Assembly (NCBI GenBank): GCA_009859145.1
Contig: VRVR01000013.1
Span: forward strand, 86,786 to 150,785
Direction of reading: 5' to 3'
DNA length: 64,000 bases
From: Andalucia godoyi And28
Lineage: Eukaryota > Protista > Jakobida
In this document: piece by piece, positions 51,443 through 61,574 of the stretch
Position numbering within the stretch: the first letter of the stretch is position 1
How the letters are laid out: each line of letters starts with the position of its first letter
The notes under the pieces: generated by a model
Seen by the model: the letters and a program-made list of their open reading frames with translations, nothing else
Told to the model about the DNA's origin: nothing
Databases searched by the model: none
Made by a program: the position numbers and the translations under genes

Positions 51443-52948
51443 TCAAGACGGAGCAAAGGAGAATCCGATGGGCAGTGGGATGAACTCGATTGAAACTGCG
51501 GCTGTGAATGCAGTCTGTGAAGTTCGGAGGTATGAAATGGCGCCGAGCATTTGCACGATCGCGCCACCTTTTGTTCGAACGGCGACAGGGACAACGGTGT
51601 TTGAGACAGACCGATCACAATCGGAGATGATGATCCTGGATATTGACTTGCACATGTAGTCCATGTCTGCGTCGATCATCCCATCCATTGCGACTTCGGA
51701 GTTCTCAAACTCTTCTCTCGTAACCGGTGTTTCTTGAACTGCAGGCGAATTGAACACGGCTACTTTTCCCTGCTTGTCGACTATCACCGATGGAAACGAA
51801 GATGTGGTTACATGCTGGACAGCACGCAGATAATTGGATCGGAACCCAGCGTCGTACTGGACAACCTGGTCAAGATCATGTGTCAGCACGAACTGCATGT
51901 CCTGGTCTTTGGACACCCGGAAACCCTCCATCGACATGCACCGCAGACACTCGTCATCAAGACGAGGAATGACGCGAAGGAAACGCTGACGCGTCCCTCT
52001 ATCAAGCGATCGGAATGTCGTCCACGCAATCGTGGCCCGAGCTACCAAGTCCTCTCGTGCTACCAAACTGTTTGAGTGCGGACTGCACGTTGCCACGGCA
52101 CTGGCGGAATACTTTGGTCGTTTCGACACTCTCGTTTCAGAATACCCTTGCACAAATCCGTCGCCTCCGTCCTCTTTTTCAGCTCTCTCTTTTTCTTGTA
52201 GTGGTAGTGGCTGGAGCACATGCACTTGTGGTGGAGAGGAAAAAGGAAATGGAGCCGATGACAACTGGGGAACGCTGGGGAAAATCAGCAATTCTTGATC
52301 ATCTTGAAAGCCATGTACCGGTTCTTCCTGCACCTTCTCAAGAAGATCGGTGTTCTCCGTTGATGACTTGGAGGAGTGACACGAAGATCGGCTGGACCTC
52401 TTGCGCTCCAGATAAACGCACAAATGCGCAACCCGTCGATGAATGCATCTTGAACAAGGATCCGATCCATTTCCGTCACACGACTGCTTCAGGCTTCTGC
52501 ATTCCGCACACGCCTTTGATACCCTTCGCTTTTTCTTTATATTTGCGCCTGTGCTTTCGCCAACACTGCATCTGTGATCATTATTGTCATTATCAGTATC
52601 ATTGTTATCATCGCCGCCGCCATCACCACCATTACTATTGTTACTACTGCTGCTACTATTACTATTGTTATTGGCTTGATGCTGATGTTGACCATTTCGT
52701 TGGATATCGCAAAGTACTGATGGCTGTGTGTACGGCTCGAATGCAGATGCGACAGGATGCGGCAATGGAGCTGGGTCGGAAAACGAAACCGATTCTGGGG
52801 CGAGAAAAAGCGCTGGAGGGGGAATGTCCGAAGACGGGATGTTGACAGCTGTGATGTCGGACGGCTGACCAAACAACGCCGAAAAGGCAAGAGAAGAAAT
52901 CTCGTCAAACCCGACGAAATCAAATGAATCGAGACTTGAATTGCTCAT
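51443..52948 (-). CDS. Zn(II)2Cys6 (GAL4-type) transcription factor with a C-terminal PAS-like domain
   Basis: KKKRRVSKACAECRSLKQSCDGNGSDPCSRCIHRRVAHLCVY fits CX2CX6CXnCX2CXnC. The C-terminal FPSVIVDKQGKVAVFN...VRTKGGAIVQML is PAS-like. Confidence 0.85.
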   Translation of the reverse strand: MSNSSLDSFDFVGFDEISSLAFSALFGQPSDITAVNIPSSDIPPPALFLAPESVSFSDPAPLPHPVASAFEPYTQPSVLCDIQRNGQHQHQANNNSNSSSSSNNSNGGDGGGDDNNDTDNDNNDHRCSVGESTGANIKKKRRVSKACAECRSLKQSCDGNGSDPCSRCIHRRVAHLCVYLERKRSSRSSCHSSKSSTENTDLLEKVQEEPVHGFQDDQELLIFPSVPQLSSAPFPFSSPPQVHVLQPLPLQEKERAEKEDGGDGFVQGYSETRVSKRPKYSASAVATCSPHSNSLVAREDLVARATIAWTTFRSLDRGTRQRFLRVIPRLDDECLRCMSMEGFRVSKDQDMQFVLTHDLDQVVQYDAGFRSNYLRAVQHVTTSSFPSVIVDKQGKVAVFNSPAVQETPVTREEFENSEVAMDGMIDADMDYMCKSISRIIISDCDRSVSNTVVPVAVRTKGGAIVQMLGAISYLRTSQTAFTAAVSIEFIPLPIGFSFAPS

Positions 52949-53345
52949 TCCGGTATTCTTCTTTCATCCATGCGATATTTCATAAAACGAAAACAGAAAC
53001 ACAAGTAAAAAAGTCACGCAGAAGACAAGGAAGAGGTATGCGCGCAAACTGACATTCTCTTTTTTTATAATTATTACAATTATTTTTTGGGGTTTTTTTT
53101 TAAATTTAAAAATACTGTTTTCTCACATCCTCCCCAATTCGCAACGAATCGATGGTCGAAATGGATTGCAAAAAGGCGGCAATAAAAGGGCGGCTCAAAG
53201 CGCTGAGCAGGGTGGGAATCCCCCGACTTCCGAGCTACGAAGACTGAGTGAACCTGTCGTAAAAAAAATATACATACGTATACAATATCATTTTTTGGAC
53301 ACTTGAGTCTGCCGGAAAGGATAATTAATTACGATGATGAGACGG

Positions 53346-53453
53346 CTAACCCTAACCTGCTGATGCAGGATCGAAAGACAGAAAAGACTCGGAACCCTAG
53401 CTTCATTAAGAGTGTGTTAATTCCCTAATTTGCGGCCATGCTCGAGGTGGGCC
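53346..53453 (+). promoter_or_regulatory. Telomere-repeat (telo-box-like) motifs plus a TGGGCC site upstream of RPL23A
   Basis: CTAACCCTAACC at 53346-53357, AACCCTAG at 53393-53400, CCCTAA at 53423-53428 and TGGGCC at 53448-53453. Confidence 0.45.
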
Positions 53454-53574
53454 TCTGTTTAGCTTTGCCCAATTGACGTTTTTGTTATTTTTCTGTTATT
53501 TCCATTTCCATTCTCTTTCTTTTTCTTGTGTGGATTGGTTCCTCTATTCTGTCTCCGCGTTTTACATCTCTGAA

Positions 53575-54009
53575 ATGGCACCCACCGCCGCCGCATCGAA
53601 GGCCAAGGCCGCCGCAAAGGTCGTGAAGCAGGGCGTCAAGACTGCAACTCGCAAGATGATCACCAAGGTTACGTTCCGCAGACCGTCGACTCTTGCTCTT
53701 GCCCGCAACCCCAAGTACTTGCGCCGCGCAACTGTGTCGACCAAGAAGACTGACCAGTTTGCCGTTCTGCGCTTCCCGTTGACTTCTGAAACCGCGATGA
53801 AGAAGATCGAGGATAACAACACCCTTGTGTTCATCGTCAACCGCCGTTCCACCAAGAAGCAGATTGCAGCAGCCATCAAGACCATGTACGACGTTGACGT
53901 CGCCAAGGTGAACACTTTGATCCGCCCGGACGGCCTCAAGAAGGCATTCATCCGCCTTGCCCCTGATCAAGAAGCTCTTGATGTCGCCAACAAGGTCGGC
54001 ATCCTGTAA
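53575..54009 (+). CDS. RPL23A: 60S ribosomal protein L23a (uL23)
   Basis: [36 protein letters not shown] and [18 protein letters not shown]. Intronless. Confidence 0.98.
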   Translation: MAPTAAASKAKAAAKVVKQGVKTATRKMITKVTFRRPSTLALARNPKYLRRATVSTKKTDQFAVLRFPLTSETAMKKIEDNNTLVFIVNRRSTKKQIAAAIKTMYDVDVAKVNTLIRPDGLKKAFIRLAPDQEALDVANKVGIL

Positions 54010-54307
54010 GTGTGCTGCTTTGATTACTCGCTGCTCTTGCCATTTCACTTGTTCTCTTCTTCTTTCTAGACACTGTCACAAATTAAGTTTCTGTAAAAAG
54101 AAAACCGCTCTATACTCTTTATGTTTTGAGTTACTCGTCACGGTACGTGGCGCAATCTTTCCTTCCTTCTAGCTCTTTTTTCCCTTGCTTTTTTATTGTA
54201 CACACTTCTTGTTTTTCTCTGTTTTCTTCTTTTCAATCTCGACGGGAGAGTCTTCGCTGCCGTGTTCGGCGATGCGCTCTTTCAGCATTCAGACAAAGGC
54301 GCACACA

Positions 54308-55378
54308 ATGAGTCGGTATCCTCAGTCTGCCTGCCTGCTCCTCATTATTGCAGTCTTGCAGTTTGTCGCGTGTGCAGAGAACAGTCGGGCGTATCGCATG
54401 GGATTTCAGAACTCTTCACCGCGGCTCAATGACAGTTCGCTGGCGATTAAGACCTTATTTATGTGGTCCCAGCATGCAGATGCCGCAATGATCACGACTG
54501 AAGTTCCATGGGAAGCTCTGTACACGGGAGCGAGCACGCCGGACGCGTTTGTGACGCAAAACTACGAAAGTCTGGTTGCGTACTATCGAAGCAAAGGATT
54601 CCTGCTGTGGGTGTACGTTGACCCTCAGAACGGAATGGACCGCTCCAAAGACTCGGAGTTTCTTATTCATATTGGAAAGAGCATTGCAGATCCCGACGTC
54701 CAGTTGCTCTTCGCACAGTTCGCCGATGCGATGGATCGCATTCTGATGCCGAATCATCTCGGATTGGCGCTCGAGACGAACCTCATTCGCTCTGTGGCTC
54801 CGGCGACGAACTATCTTGGAGTGAAGCAAGCTGCAACCAATGCAGCATCCATGATCCGGGCGCGCAATCCCAACGTAACACTCGGAATCAGTGTCCAAGT
54901 AGACGAGGCTTGGGGCAACGGTCCAAAGGGACAGTACGTGGGAATTGCACAGGATCTTTCGGATTTCTCATTCCTGCAAGAACTTGGCCTCTCATCCTAT
55001 CCATTCTTTTTCTTCAGCGACCCATCCGAGCTTCCCTTGGACTACTTTTCGCGGTTGGTCCAGGATCACAATCTTCCAGTGTTCATTTCAGAAGGCGGCT
55101 GGACCTCGGCTTCTCTTCACGGTGGATGGTACGGCAACATCACTAGCTCGCCGCAGATTCAGAGCGATTACGTGTCTCGCGTCGCGCAACTGCTTGAACA
55201 AACTGCAAAGCCTCTTGCCTGGTTTCAGTTACCGTTCACAGACATTGATCTCAGCACTGTGCCCCCAGAACTTGTCGAGTCCTTCAAGCCCTTTGCTTCG
55301 CTTGGGTTGGTGGATGTGCTGCTCCAACCAAAACCATCGTTGGCAACTTGGGATAGCATCCTCTTTGCTAGACAGTGA
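54308..55378 (+). CDS. Secreted TIM-barrel glycoside-hydrolase-like protein of bacterial type
   Basis: Signal peptide, then LGLALETNL (acid/base-like E), LGLSSYPF and LPVFISEGGW (nucleophile-like E), consistent with the clan GH-A pattern. Confidence 0.75.
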   Translation: MSRYPQSACLLLIIAVLQFVACAENSRAYRMGFQNSSPRLNDSSLAIKTLFMWSQHADAAMITTEVPWEALYTGASTPDAFVTQNYESLVAYYRSKGFLLWVYVDPQNGMDRSKDSEFLIHIGKSIADPDVQLLFAQFADAMDRILMPNHLGLALETNLIRSVAPATNYLGVKQAATNAASMIRARNPNVTLGISVQVDEAWGNGPKGQYVGIAQDLSDFSFLQELGLSSYPFFFFSDPSELPLDYFSRLVQDHNLPVFISEGGWTSASLHGGWYGNITSSPQIQSDYVSRVAQLLEQTAKPLAWFQLPFTDIDLSTVPPELVESFKPFASLGLVDVLLQPKPSLATWDSILFARQ

Positions 55379-55911
55379 TTGCCTATCGTTCATAACCCTT
55401 CCCCGAGTTTCCAAGTTTCCGCAGTTTCCCAATGTGATCATCGGGCTAAGCTGTCACCGAAGGCAGATCCAAGCTGCATGTTTTGCTCTGCTTCTTAACT
55501 GGGGACGAGCACCCGCTCTTCCATGCAGATTGCTCTGCATCAAAGGGTCATCGTTTTCTTCTTCTTGCTCTCCAGTTTGAGTTTGTTGGGAAAGACCGCT
55601 CTTTGGAGCCATGCGATGTTTTCTGTCTTTTTCTTTTGGTGAAAGGTGCTGCTTGAGGGTTCGACAGAAAAGCACGAGCAAACAGAAAACAATAAGAAAG
55701 AATAAAAGGTGAAGAATTAAGAAATACTAGACTTGACTACGGTAAGAAAATCGTAGTGTTCAAATGTTCAAAGTTGATACACAAAGGTGTTTCATCCTCG
55801 GCTTCTTCACAGACAAATTCTACTAATTCTCTGTTTGTCTATTACTTTCATTTCCCAAACATTTGGTTATTATTTCCTTTTTATTTACCTATTTATTTAT
55901 TTAATTTGATT

Positions 55912-55946
<35 letters not shown>

Positions 55947-56065
55947 ATCTTTTCATATCCGTCTTATTTATTTATTGTACATTTTTTCCCCCCACCGTCG
56001 GTTATTTATTTATTTATTTATATTATTTTGTGAGTTTGTGAGTTTGTCTTCCCTTTGCGTGACGA

Positions 56066-58771
56066 ATGCAGTCCGAGCCACAAATAGCAGTTCGACGCAA
56101 GGCTCGGCGGCGAGTGGAAGTAGCAGAAGCAGACTCGGTCTGGGAATCCGCTGCGAAACACTCTACAAACTTTGCGACAAGCGCTGATTCAAATGGCTCT
56201 ACAAGTCTGTCGATTTCCGCAAATGGATCTTCGATGTGCTGCTCTGAAGACGATGGAGGAGGAGGAGAGAAGCAAATTGACCTTTCGTTGATTCTGCAGC
56301 AACTATCAGTTTCATCATCGTCGATTGGTTCGCTTGGCTCGCTTGGCTCTGCTTCCACAAAGGAATCCAGTCTGCAAAACAAACTTGATGACTCGCGTCA
56401 GGATCACTCATCCAGGTCCGTCCTGTTGGAGAGGCCCGACGTGCTGTTATTGTCCAATCAAACTGTACCAGCCACACATACTGTCAACGACAGCGGGTGG
56501 AAAGATTCGTCGGACGTAAAGACGGTGGTCGATGCGGGTCTGCTTGGGGGTGATTCAAATAGAAAGCCAACGGAGCCGGAGCCGGGTCAGGGAGGAGAAG
56601 GAGGAGGAACAAATCAGAAATCAGTTGCGGACGTTGCGACGAACACGGCGGCGGTCTGCACGAGGCCGCTGAGTTCACAGACACTGATCTGGCCTACGCA
56701 CAATGCGCAGGTCGAGGCGAGACCGGAGACAGCCTTCCAGAATGTACAGACCAGTCCGAGGCTACTGACGTTGGATCCACTGCTTCTTGGTCCTGCAGGA
56801 GTCGCCGGAGCGAATTCAAGGCCGCAGTCCGAGCTTCCGTCAAGAACATGCTCTGCGGAGTCGCTTGTGCTGGAGGAGGAACCCTCGCTGCAGCCCGTCA
56901 AGCTCCAAGGAGACTTTTCAAAACTGGAGAATCTCGTCCGGAAACTGCTGGCGGCAGTTCTAGCGGAGCCGTCTGCGTCTTCCGGAGGCCCTTCACGGAC
57001 GCCATTACATTCACACAGTTACCATTCCCATACGCATTCTTCGCCGGGATCGTTTTCCAGGAAGAGAAGCGGAAGTTCTGGAAATTTGTCGCAATTGCCG
57101 CCACTCGTTCCATCGTCGAATGCGGTCACGGCTCCAAGCCACAGCAGCAATGTCGCCAGTAGCACCGCGGCGATCGCCAGCAACAACAACAACGTCCCCA
57201 ACTCTACTTCGAATTCGTCCGCCGGTGGCCCAGGTGCAACAGCCGTTGGTTCCAAATCGTTTGAAGGATTTGCGTCCATGACAAGACCAGGCAGCTTTAC
57301 AAACCTCTCGCTCTCTGGGGACAAGGAATCGATCGACTTGTTGTTGTCGCTATCCACGCAAATGTCTGTGCTTTCATCGTATATTTCTTCGTCGCTATCC
57401 GTTCTTGTTCCAAAGTCTGATTTTACAACGGACGTTGGGAGATCGCTACGCCGAATCTCTCTCTCGCAGGATCCTTCTGCGTCGGCATCGTATTTGCCAA
57501 TGACACCGTCCTCGATGAATTCCGTTGTGCATATGTTTCCCCACAACATGGGCATTTCTCATCATGGCTACAGCTCCAGTGTTCAACATAATATCAGTAG
57601 CGGTACTGCCGCAGAAGCAATGACAACTGCTCAGCTTTTGGGAGGGCCTCCTGCTTCCACGGGGCCTGATGCTTCGTTCTTGTCTTCCTCGTCGCACTCG
57701 TCTTCCTCGGTGTCATCGACAGATGAGGTTATGGCGTCGCTGCACATGGATTCCGAACAAGCGGCGACTGAAAAATACCCGTCGGATTCTGGCTCCGCTT
57801 CCTCCCCCGCGACTGTCCGGTCACAAAACTCTTCTGTGGTGTCGTCTAACTATTCAAAGTCGTCATTCAGTTCCGGATCAGGTGCAGGTTCCGACTCCGG
57901 TTCTGGCTCCAGGCATCCGTCTGGTTCTTCCAGCACTCAATATGGTACCAGCTTTGCAGAGTTGCATAATGCGGCTACCCCGGCCTCTGTGCTGCACGAC
58001 TCCAACAGCAAAAGTAGTTTGCGCCGCGGTTCTTCTGTTGCAGTTGTCGTCGACGCGTCTGGTTCTGAAGATGGGAGACCCCTGGAAGATCCGAGCAAGG
58101 GACTCGGTAGCGAGGGTGGGGCAGGCGGGTCTGTGCTCGAGTTACCGGACCACACCCACATAAGTCTTCCTGGAAACCAGTTCTTGTTAGCAAACGGCAC
58201 GGCACTCCGTTTGGAGCTTGATCCTATTACAGAAAGGCCCTCCCGTCCATCCGCTCTTGCAAAGCAAAACAATACGTGTCCCGGCTGTGGCTGCTCCATT
58301 GGCGATGGGCGCATCTTCTCATCAAAGGCCCGCATGTGCGAATACACAAATCTGCTGTTTTGTCGCAAATGCCATTTGAACAGCAAGTCTATTATTCCGT
58401 GGAAGGTGCTTCATCAGTGGAGCGTGGAAGAGTGTTTTGTTTCCGAGATTGCATTGCACTTTCTGGAATCGGTTTGGTCGCACCCCATTATTTGTGTTTC
58501 TGCGATCAACCCGCTCTTGTTCGAGCGTGAATCGGTGATGCGCGAGGTCCGCAGACTGCGCCTTCGACTGTGCGAAATTTGCGAAAAGTACCCAGAGTCA
58601 TTGACGAAGAGCGTCATGGACGCACTGCTTGGAAATCGTGTGTATATGACGCACGACACGGAGCTCTTCTCGCTCTCGGATCTCGAGTCGATTCACAAGA
58701 ACCCAACGATCGTCTTGCAAGAACTTCGCGATGCCTATACCCTCTCCAAGACACGTCTGGAGTCCACTTGA
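56066..58771 (+). CDS. Rubicon-homology (RH/DUF4206) domain protein, Rubicon/Pacer/PLEKHM1/DEF8-like
   Basis: Long disordered Ser-rich N-terminus. C-terminal LAKQNNTCPGCG..ARMCEYTNLLFCRKCH..SIIPWKVLHQW..INPLLF..LFSLSDL. Confidence 0.85.
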   Translation: MQSEPQIAVRRKARRRVEVAEADSVWESAAKHSTNFATSADSNGSTSLSISANGSSMCCSEDDGGGGEKQIDLSLILQQLSVSSSSIGSLGSLGSASTKESSLQNKLDDSRQDHSSRSVLLERPDVLLLSNQTVPATHTVNDSGWKDSSDVKTVVDAGLLGGDSNRKPTEPEPGQGGEGGGTNQKSVADVATNTAAVCTRPLSSQTLIWPTHNAQVEARPETAFQNVQTSPRLLTLDPLLLGPAGVAGANSRPQSELPSRTCSAESLVLEEEPSLQPVKLQGDFSKLENLVRKLLAAVLAEPSASSGGPSRTPLHSHSYHSHTHSSPGSFSRKRSGSSGNLSQLPPLVPSSNAVTAPSHSSNVASSTAAIASNNNNVPNSTSNSSAGGPGATAVGSKSFEGFASMTRPGSFTNLSLSGDKESIDLLLSLSTQMSVLSSYISSSLSVLVPKSDFTTDVGRSLRRISLSQDPSASASYLPMTPSSMNSVVHMFPHNMGISHHGYSSSVQHNISSGTAAEAMTTAQLLGGPPASTGPDASFLSSSSHSSSSVSSTDEVMASLHMDSEQAATEKYPSDSGSASSPATVRSQNSSVVSSNYSKSSFSSGSGAGSDSGSGSRHPSGSSSTQYGTSFAELHNAATPASVLHDSNSKSSLRRGSSVAVVVDASGSEDGRPLEDPSKGLGSEGGAGGSVLELPDHTHISLPGNQFLLANGTALRLELDPITERPSRPSALAKQNNTCPGCGCSIGDGRIFSSKARMCEYTNLLFCRKCHLNSKSIIPWKVLHQWSVEECFVSEIALHFLESVWSHPIICVSAINPLLFERESVMREVRRLRLRLCEICEKYPESLTKSVMDALLGNRVYMTHDTELFSLSDLESIHKNPTIVLQELRDAYTLSKTRLEST

Positions 58772-59082
58772 TCCCGCTGATTTCTCAGTGGGCTTGCTGA
58801 ACCTGGCTCGCTTGCGAGATTCCTTCTGGCGATTATTTTTGTTCGGATCTCAACAGTCCTTTTTTTTTCCATTCCGCCCCAGAGTGTTCTTCCTGCAGCG
58901 GTTGTGAGACCACACACACATACATATACACGTGCACATTCTCACGCACACACATTCATTGCAAGATTTGTGCTGTATATAGTATGACCCCTTTTGTTTT
59001 TCAAAAATAAAAATTAAATAAATAAATAAAAAACGAGCTGAATGGCGCTGCTGCAGTTGACTAATTTAGTATTCTTGTTTTA

Positions 59083-60744
59083 TTATTCAATGTTCACTCC
59101 GACAAGTCTCCGGATAGTATCGCGAGTCTTGTCTGGGACCTGAGCCCACGCCAGCCCCGTTCCTTCTTCCACGGCCGAGATATATGCCGCGATGCACTCC
59201 TTGATGGCCCACAAGACATTGTCGGAACCCGCCCACCGCTCTGCAAGATCGTCCAGCCGAATTTCTTCTTGCGTCGACAAGAGCACTGCATACACAGCTG
59301 TTGCACCAAGCTCCCGTAGCCCCCACAACGCCCCCACAACCATCCCCTCTCGAACATCCTCCGCCTTGGCAGCCAACTCTCCCTTTTCCGAAAGACACTC
59401 CTTGAGCGCCTTGACATACGTGGACGCCACCCGCCCAACCAATGCCTCATACAGCCCTCCGTATCTTCTGCAAACATACCCCGTCACCTTCGCAGCTTCT
59501 TTGCGCAGCGCGGATCCTTGCGAAGTGGCAAGCGGAATGTTGACCGACAAAACCAGCGAAATGAGCGCAGGACACAACTGATGCAAATACAACTCGACGG
59601 CCAAACTCTGGTTTGAGCATACTGACCGAATCAATCCAAGAGCGTTCTGGAGCTGCGCTAATCGCACCGTCATTGATGGATTTGACGCCCCATTCGCAAC
59701 CATTGTTTGCCCAAAGAACGACAAGGACAACTGGACCGTCTCGACAATATTTCGCACAAGATACGGCAGTGCGGGTGCGACGCCCTCTGCCGTGGCCACT
59801 GCATGCAATGCAGCCGTTCTTGCCTCCTCTGCATCCTTTCCAGACGACGCCACCGAGTCCGCAAGTGCCTTGAAAACTGCCTCCAGCCACTGCCGATGCT
59901 CCACACTCAAAACATCACCCACTCGAGCCTTGATCACAATGCGGTCCTCCGCGTTTGGGCCACTTGCCGAGCCCTGGCTTGCGGTTCCATTTGCACTCAC
60001 ACTTGTGGGATTCGCTGCTTGTGATCTTCTCGAGCCACGCCGCCCTGGCGTGTTCCTTCCTCCAGCAACAGCGGAAGCAGTCGACACCGATCCAGACGCT
60101 CCTGGCCCTGCAGATGTCGATGCGGATACCGCAGAGGCTCCTGCAACCATGGAAGATTCCTGCAGGGTATTCGAGTTTGCGAACGACTGCAGGCTTGCGG
60201 CGGACGGGTTCTGTGGAATTCGAGGCTGCACGCCTTCGACCGCCAGCCAATGCGATGCAACGGTAATTTTTCGATTCATGGACGGCGGAACACGGACCGT
60301 CAGCGACGATGACAACGGAACAATCGGGTCTTCCACATAGAACAAGCCTCCGCCAGTCGTGCCCGGGACTCTGATAAAGTCTCCATAATGCCGCACACTT
60401 GCAATTTTTGTTCTGTCATTCTTGGATTGCACTGTCGGTGGTGCAGACGCCGTGGCCGAACCCAATGTTTGGAACGCTGGCTTGTCAATCCCAATTCGTT
60501 CGCGCGCTGTGAAATCTGGGGTTGTCAGTGGATCCACATTCTTGGCTCTTATCGCCGAGGAAATGTCTGCTGGCAGAAGAACTCTGCGCTTCGATGCGCG
60601 CATCCGCTTCATCGCGTCGGACAGAAGATCGCGAACTCGGAACTCAACATCTGGCGCAATTCGACGTGCGATTTCATCATCAAGAGACGGGATTCCAGAC
60701 TGCTGAGCAATCACTTGGATAATGTCCTTCGGCAGATACGACAT
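59083..60744 (-). CDS. TAF6: TFIID subunit TAF6
   Basis: Histone fold (IAQQSGI..LDDEIARRIAPDVEFRVR..AMKRMRASKRRVL), HWLAVEGVQPRIPQNP, and HEAT region LPY...ELYLHQLCP..LRKEAA. Confidence 0.93.
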   Translation of the reverse strand: MSYLPKDIIQVIAQQSGIPSLDDEIARRIAPDVEFRVRDLLSDAMKRMRASKRRVLLPADISSAIRAKNVDPLTTPDFTARERIGIDKPAFQTLGSATASAPPTVQSKNDRTKIASVRHYGDFIRVPGTTGGGLFYVEDPIVPLSSSLTVRVPPSMNRKITVASHWLAVEGVQPRIPQNPSAASLQSFANSNTLQESSMVAGASAVSASTSAGPGASGSVSTASAVAGGRNTPGRRGSRRSQAANPTSVSANGTASQGSASGPNAEDRIVIKARVGDVLSVEHRQWLEAVFKALADSVASSGKDAEEARTAALHAVATAEGVAPALPYLVRNIVETVQLSLSFFGQTMVANGASNPSMTVRLAQLQNALGLIRSVCSNQSLAVELYLHQLCPALISLVLSVNIPLATSQGSALRKEAAKVTGYVCRRYGGLYEALVGRVASTYVKALKECLSEKGELAAKAEDVREGMVVGALWGLRELGATAVYAVLLSTQEEIRLDDLAERWAGSDNVLWAIKECIAAYISAVEEGTGLAWAQVPDKTRDTIRRLVGVNIE

Positions 60745-61029
60745 GACTTTCCTCTGTGCTTTCTCGTCTAATCACCAAACAAAAATCTCAGACCTTACTT
60801 TAAGTAATAAAACAGATGAACAATCAGAGAACAACTACTACTGCTGCTGCTGCTGCTGCTGCTACTACTGCTACTGCCACTGCCACTGCTACTGCGAAAT
60901 GAACAAAACGAACAAAAAGAAAAAAGAAGTCGGTGCGGAAACCAAGACGTCTTGTCTTTAGAGAGAAAACCCAATGAAAAAAAATACACACATAGTAAAG
61001 AAGTTAAAAGAATAGCAAAAAGGAAGCTT

Positions 61030-61102
61030 GGGAACTGCCGGGAATCGAACCCGGGACCTCTCCGACCCTAACGGAGAATCATACCAACTAGACTACAGTT
61101 CC
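61030..61102 (-). tRNA. trnP-AGG: tRNA-Pro (anticodon AGG)
   Basis: Acceptor stem GGAACTG/CAGTTCC plus discriminator C; D arm TAGTCTAGTTGGTATGAT; anticodon arm CTCCG-TTAGGGT-CGGAG; T arm CCGGG-TTCGATT-CCCGG. 73 nt, no intron. Confidence 0.96.
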
Positions 61103-61181
61103 AAAGGCGAGGTTTCTAAGACTGCAGATTCAACATCTAAAAAGTCAAAACAGAAAATATTAAATAAAAGCACTGTTGTGT

Positions 61182-61502
61182 TCATATTCTGATGTGTTTA
61201 CCTTCTATTTGGGGCACCACGTTGCTACGCTGCGCCACACGTTGTCGGTTTATCCTTTTCGTCTTCTTCATCTTGTCTTGTTTTTTCCGGACCCTTATCG
61301 TCACCGACCGTGGGCCGTTGAATAATGACACGTCGTTGTCATGCATACGGGGGAATACACATAAACAGACACGGTCAATACTGGCCGACACCAGCACGTT
61401 TTGTTTCACAAGGAATTCGTGCTTACGCACGCTCGGCCAAAATTCAGCCGGTGACACAGGCTCCGTATTTTCGACACTCTTGAACGCAGCATCCGTAGCC
61501 AT
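61182..61502 (-). CDS. Small hypothetical protein (106 aa)
   Basis: True ATG with an A-rich leader, an AT-rich 3' flank and a basic C-terminus. No family recognised. Confidence 0.5.
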   Translation of the reverse strand: MATDAAFKSVENTEPVSPAEFWPSVRKHEFLVKQNVLVSASIDRVCLCVFPRMHDNDVSLFNGPRSVTIRVRKKQDKMKKTKRINRQRVAQRSNVVPQIEGKHIRI

Positions 61503-61574
61503 CTATTCTATCATTCGTTGGTTTGGTTTTTTGGTTTCACTTTTTTATCCAAATATGGGCATGGGTGCGCTGGG

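Noticed and set aside
53356-53380. CTGATG...CGAAA resembling a hammerhead ribozyme core
   Set aside because: The core reads CUGAUGC rather than CUGANGA, and stems I and III cannot be built.
53427-53458. Minus-strand ACAGAG...AGCATGGCC...GCAAATT resembling U6 snRNA
   Set aside because: The spacing is wrong and the internal stem-loop and 5' hairpin are absent; likely chance.
55454-55681. Small minus-strand ORF with EEENDDP, faintly COA4/CHCH-like if frameshifted
   Set aside because: The twin CX9C pattern cannot be recovered in any frame.
61182-61502. The small ORF next to the mini-Fanzor as an IS607 serine recombinase (TnpA) remnant
   Set aside because: No HTH or YARVS-type catalytic motif, and it is in the opposite orientation to the Fanzor ORF.
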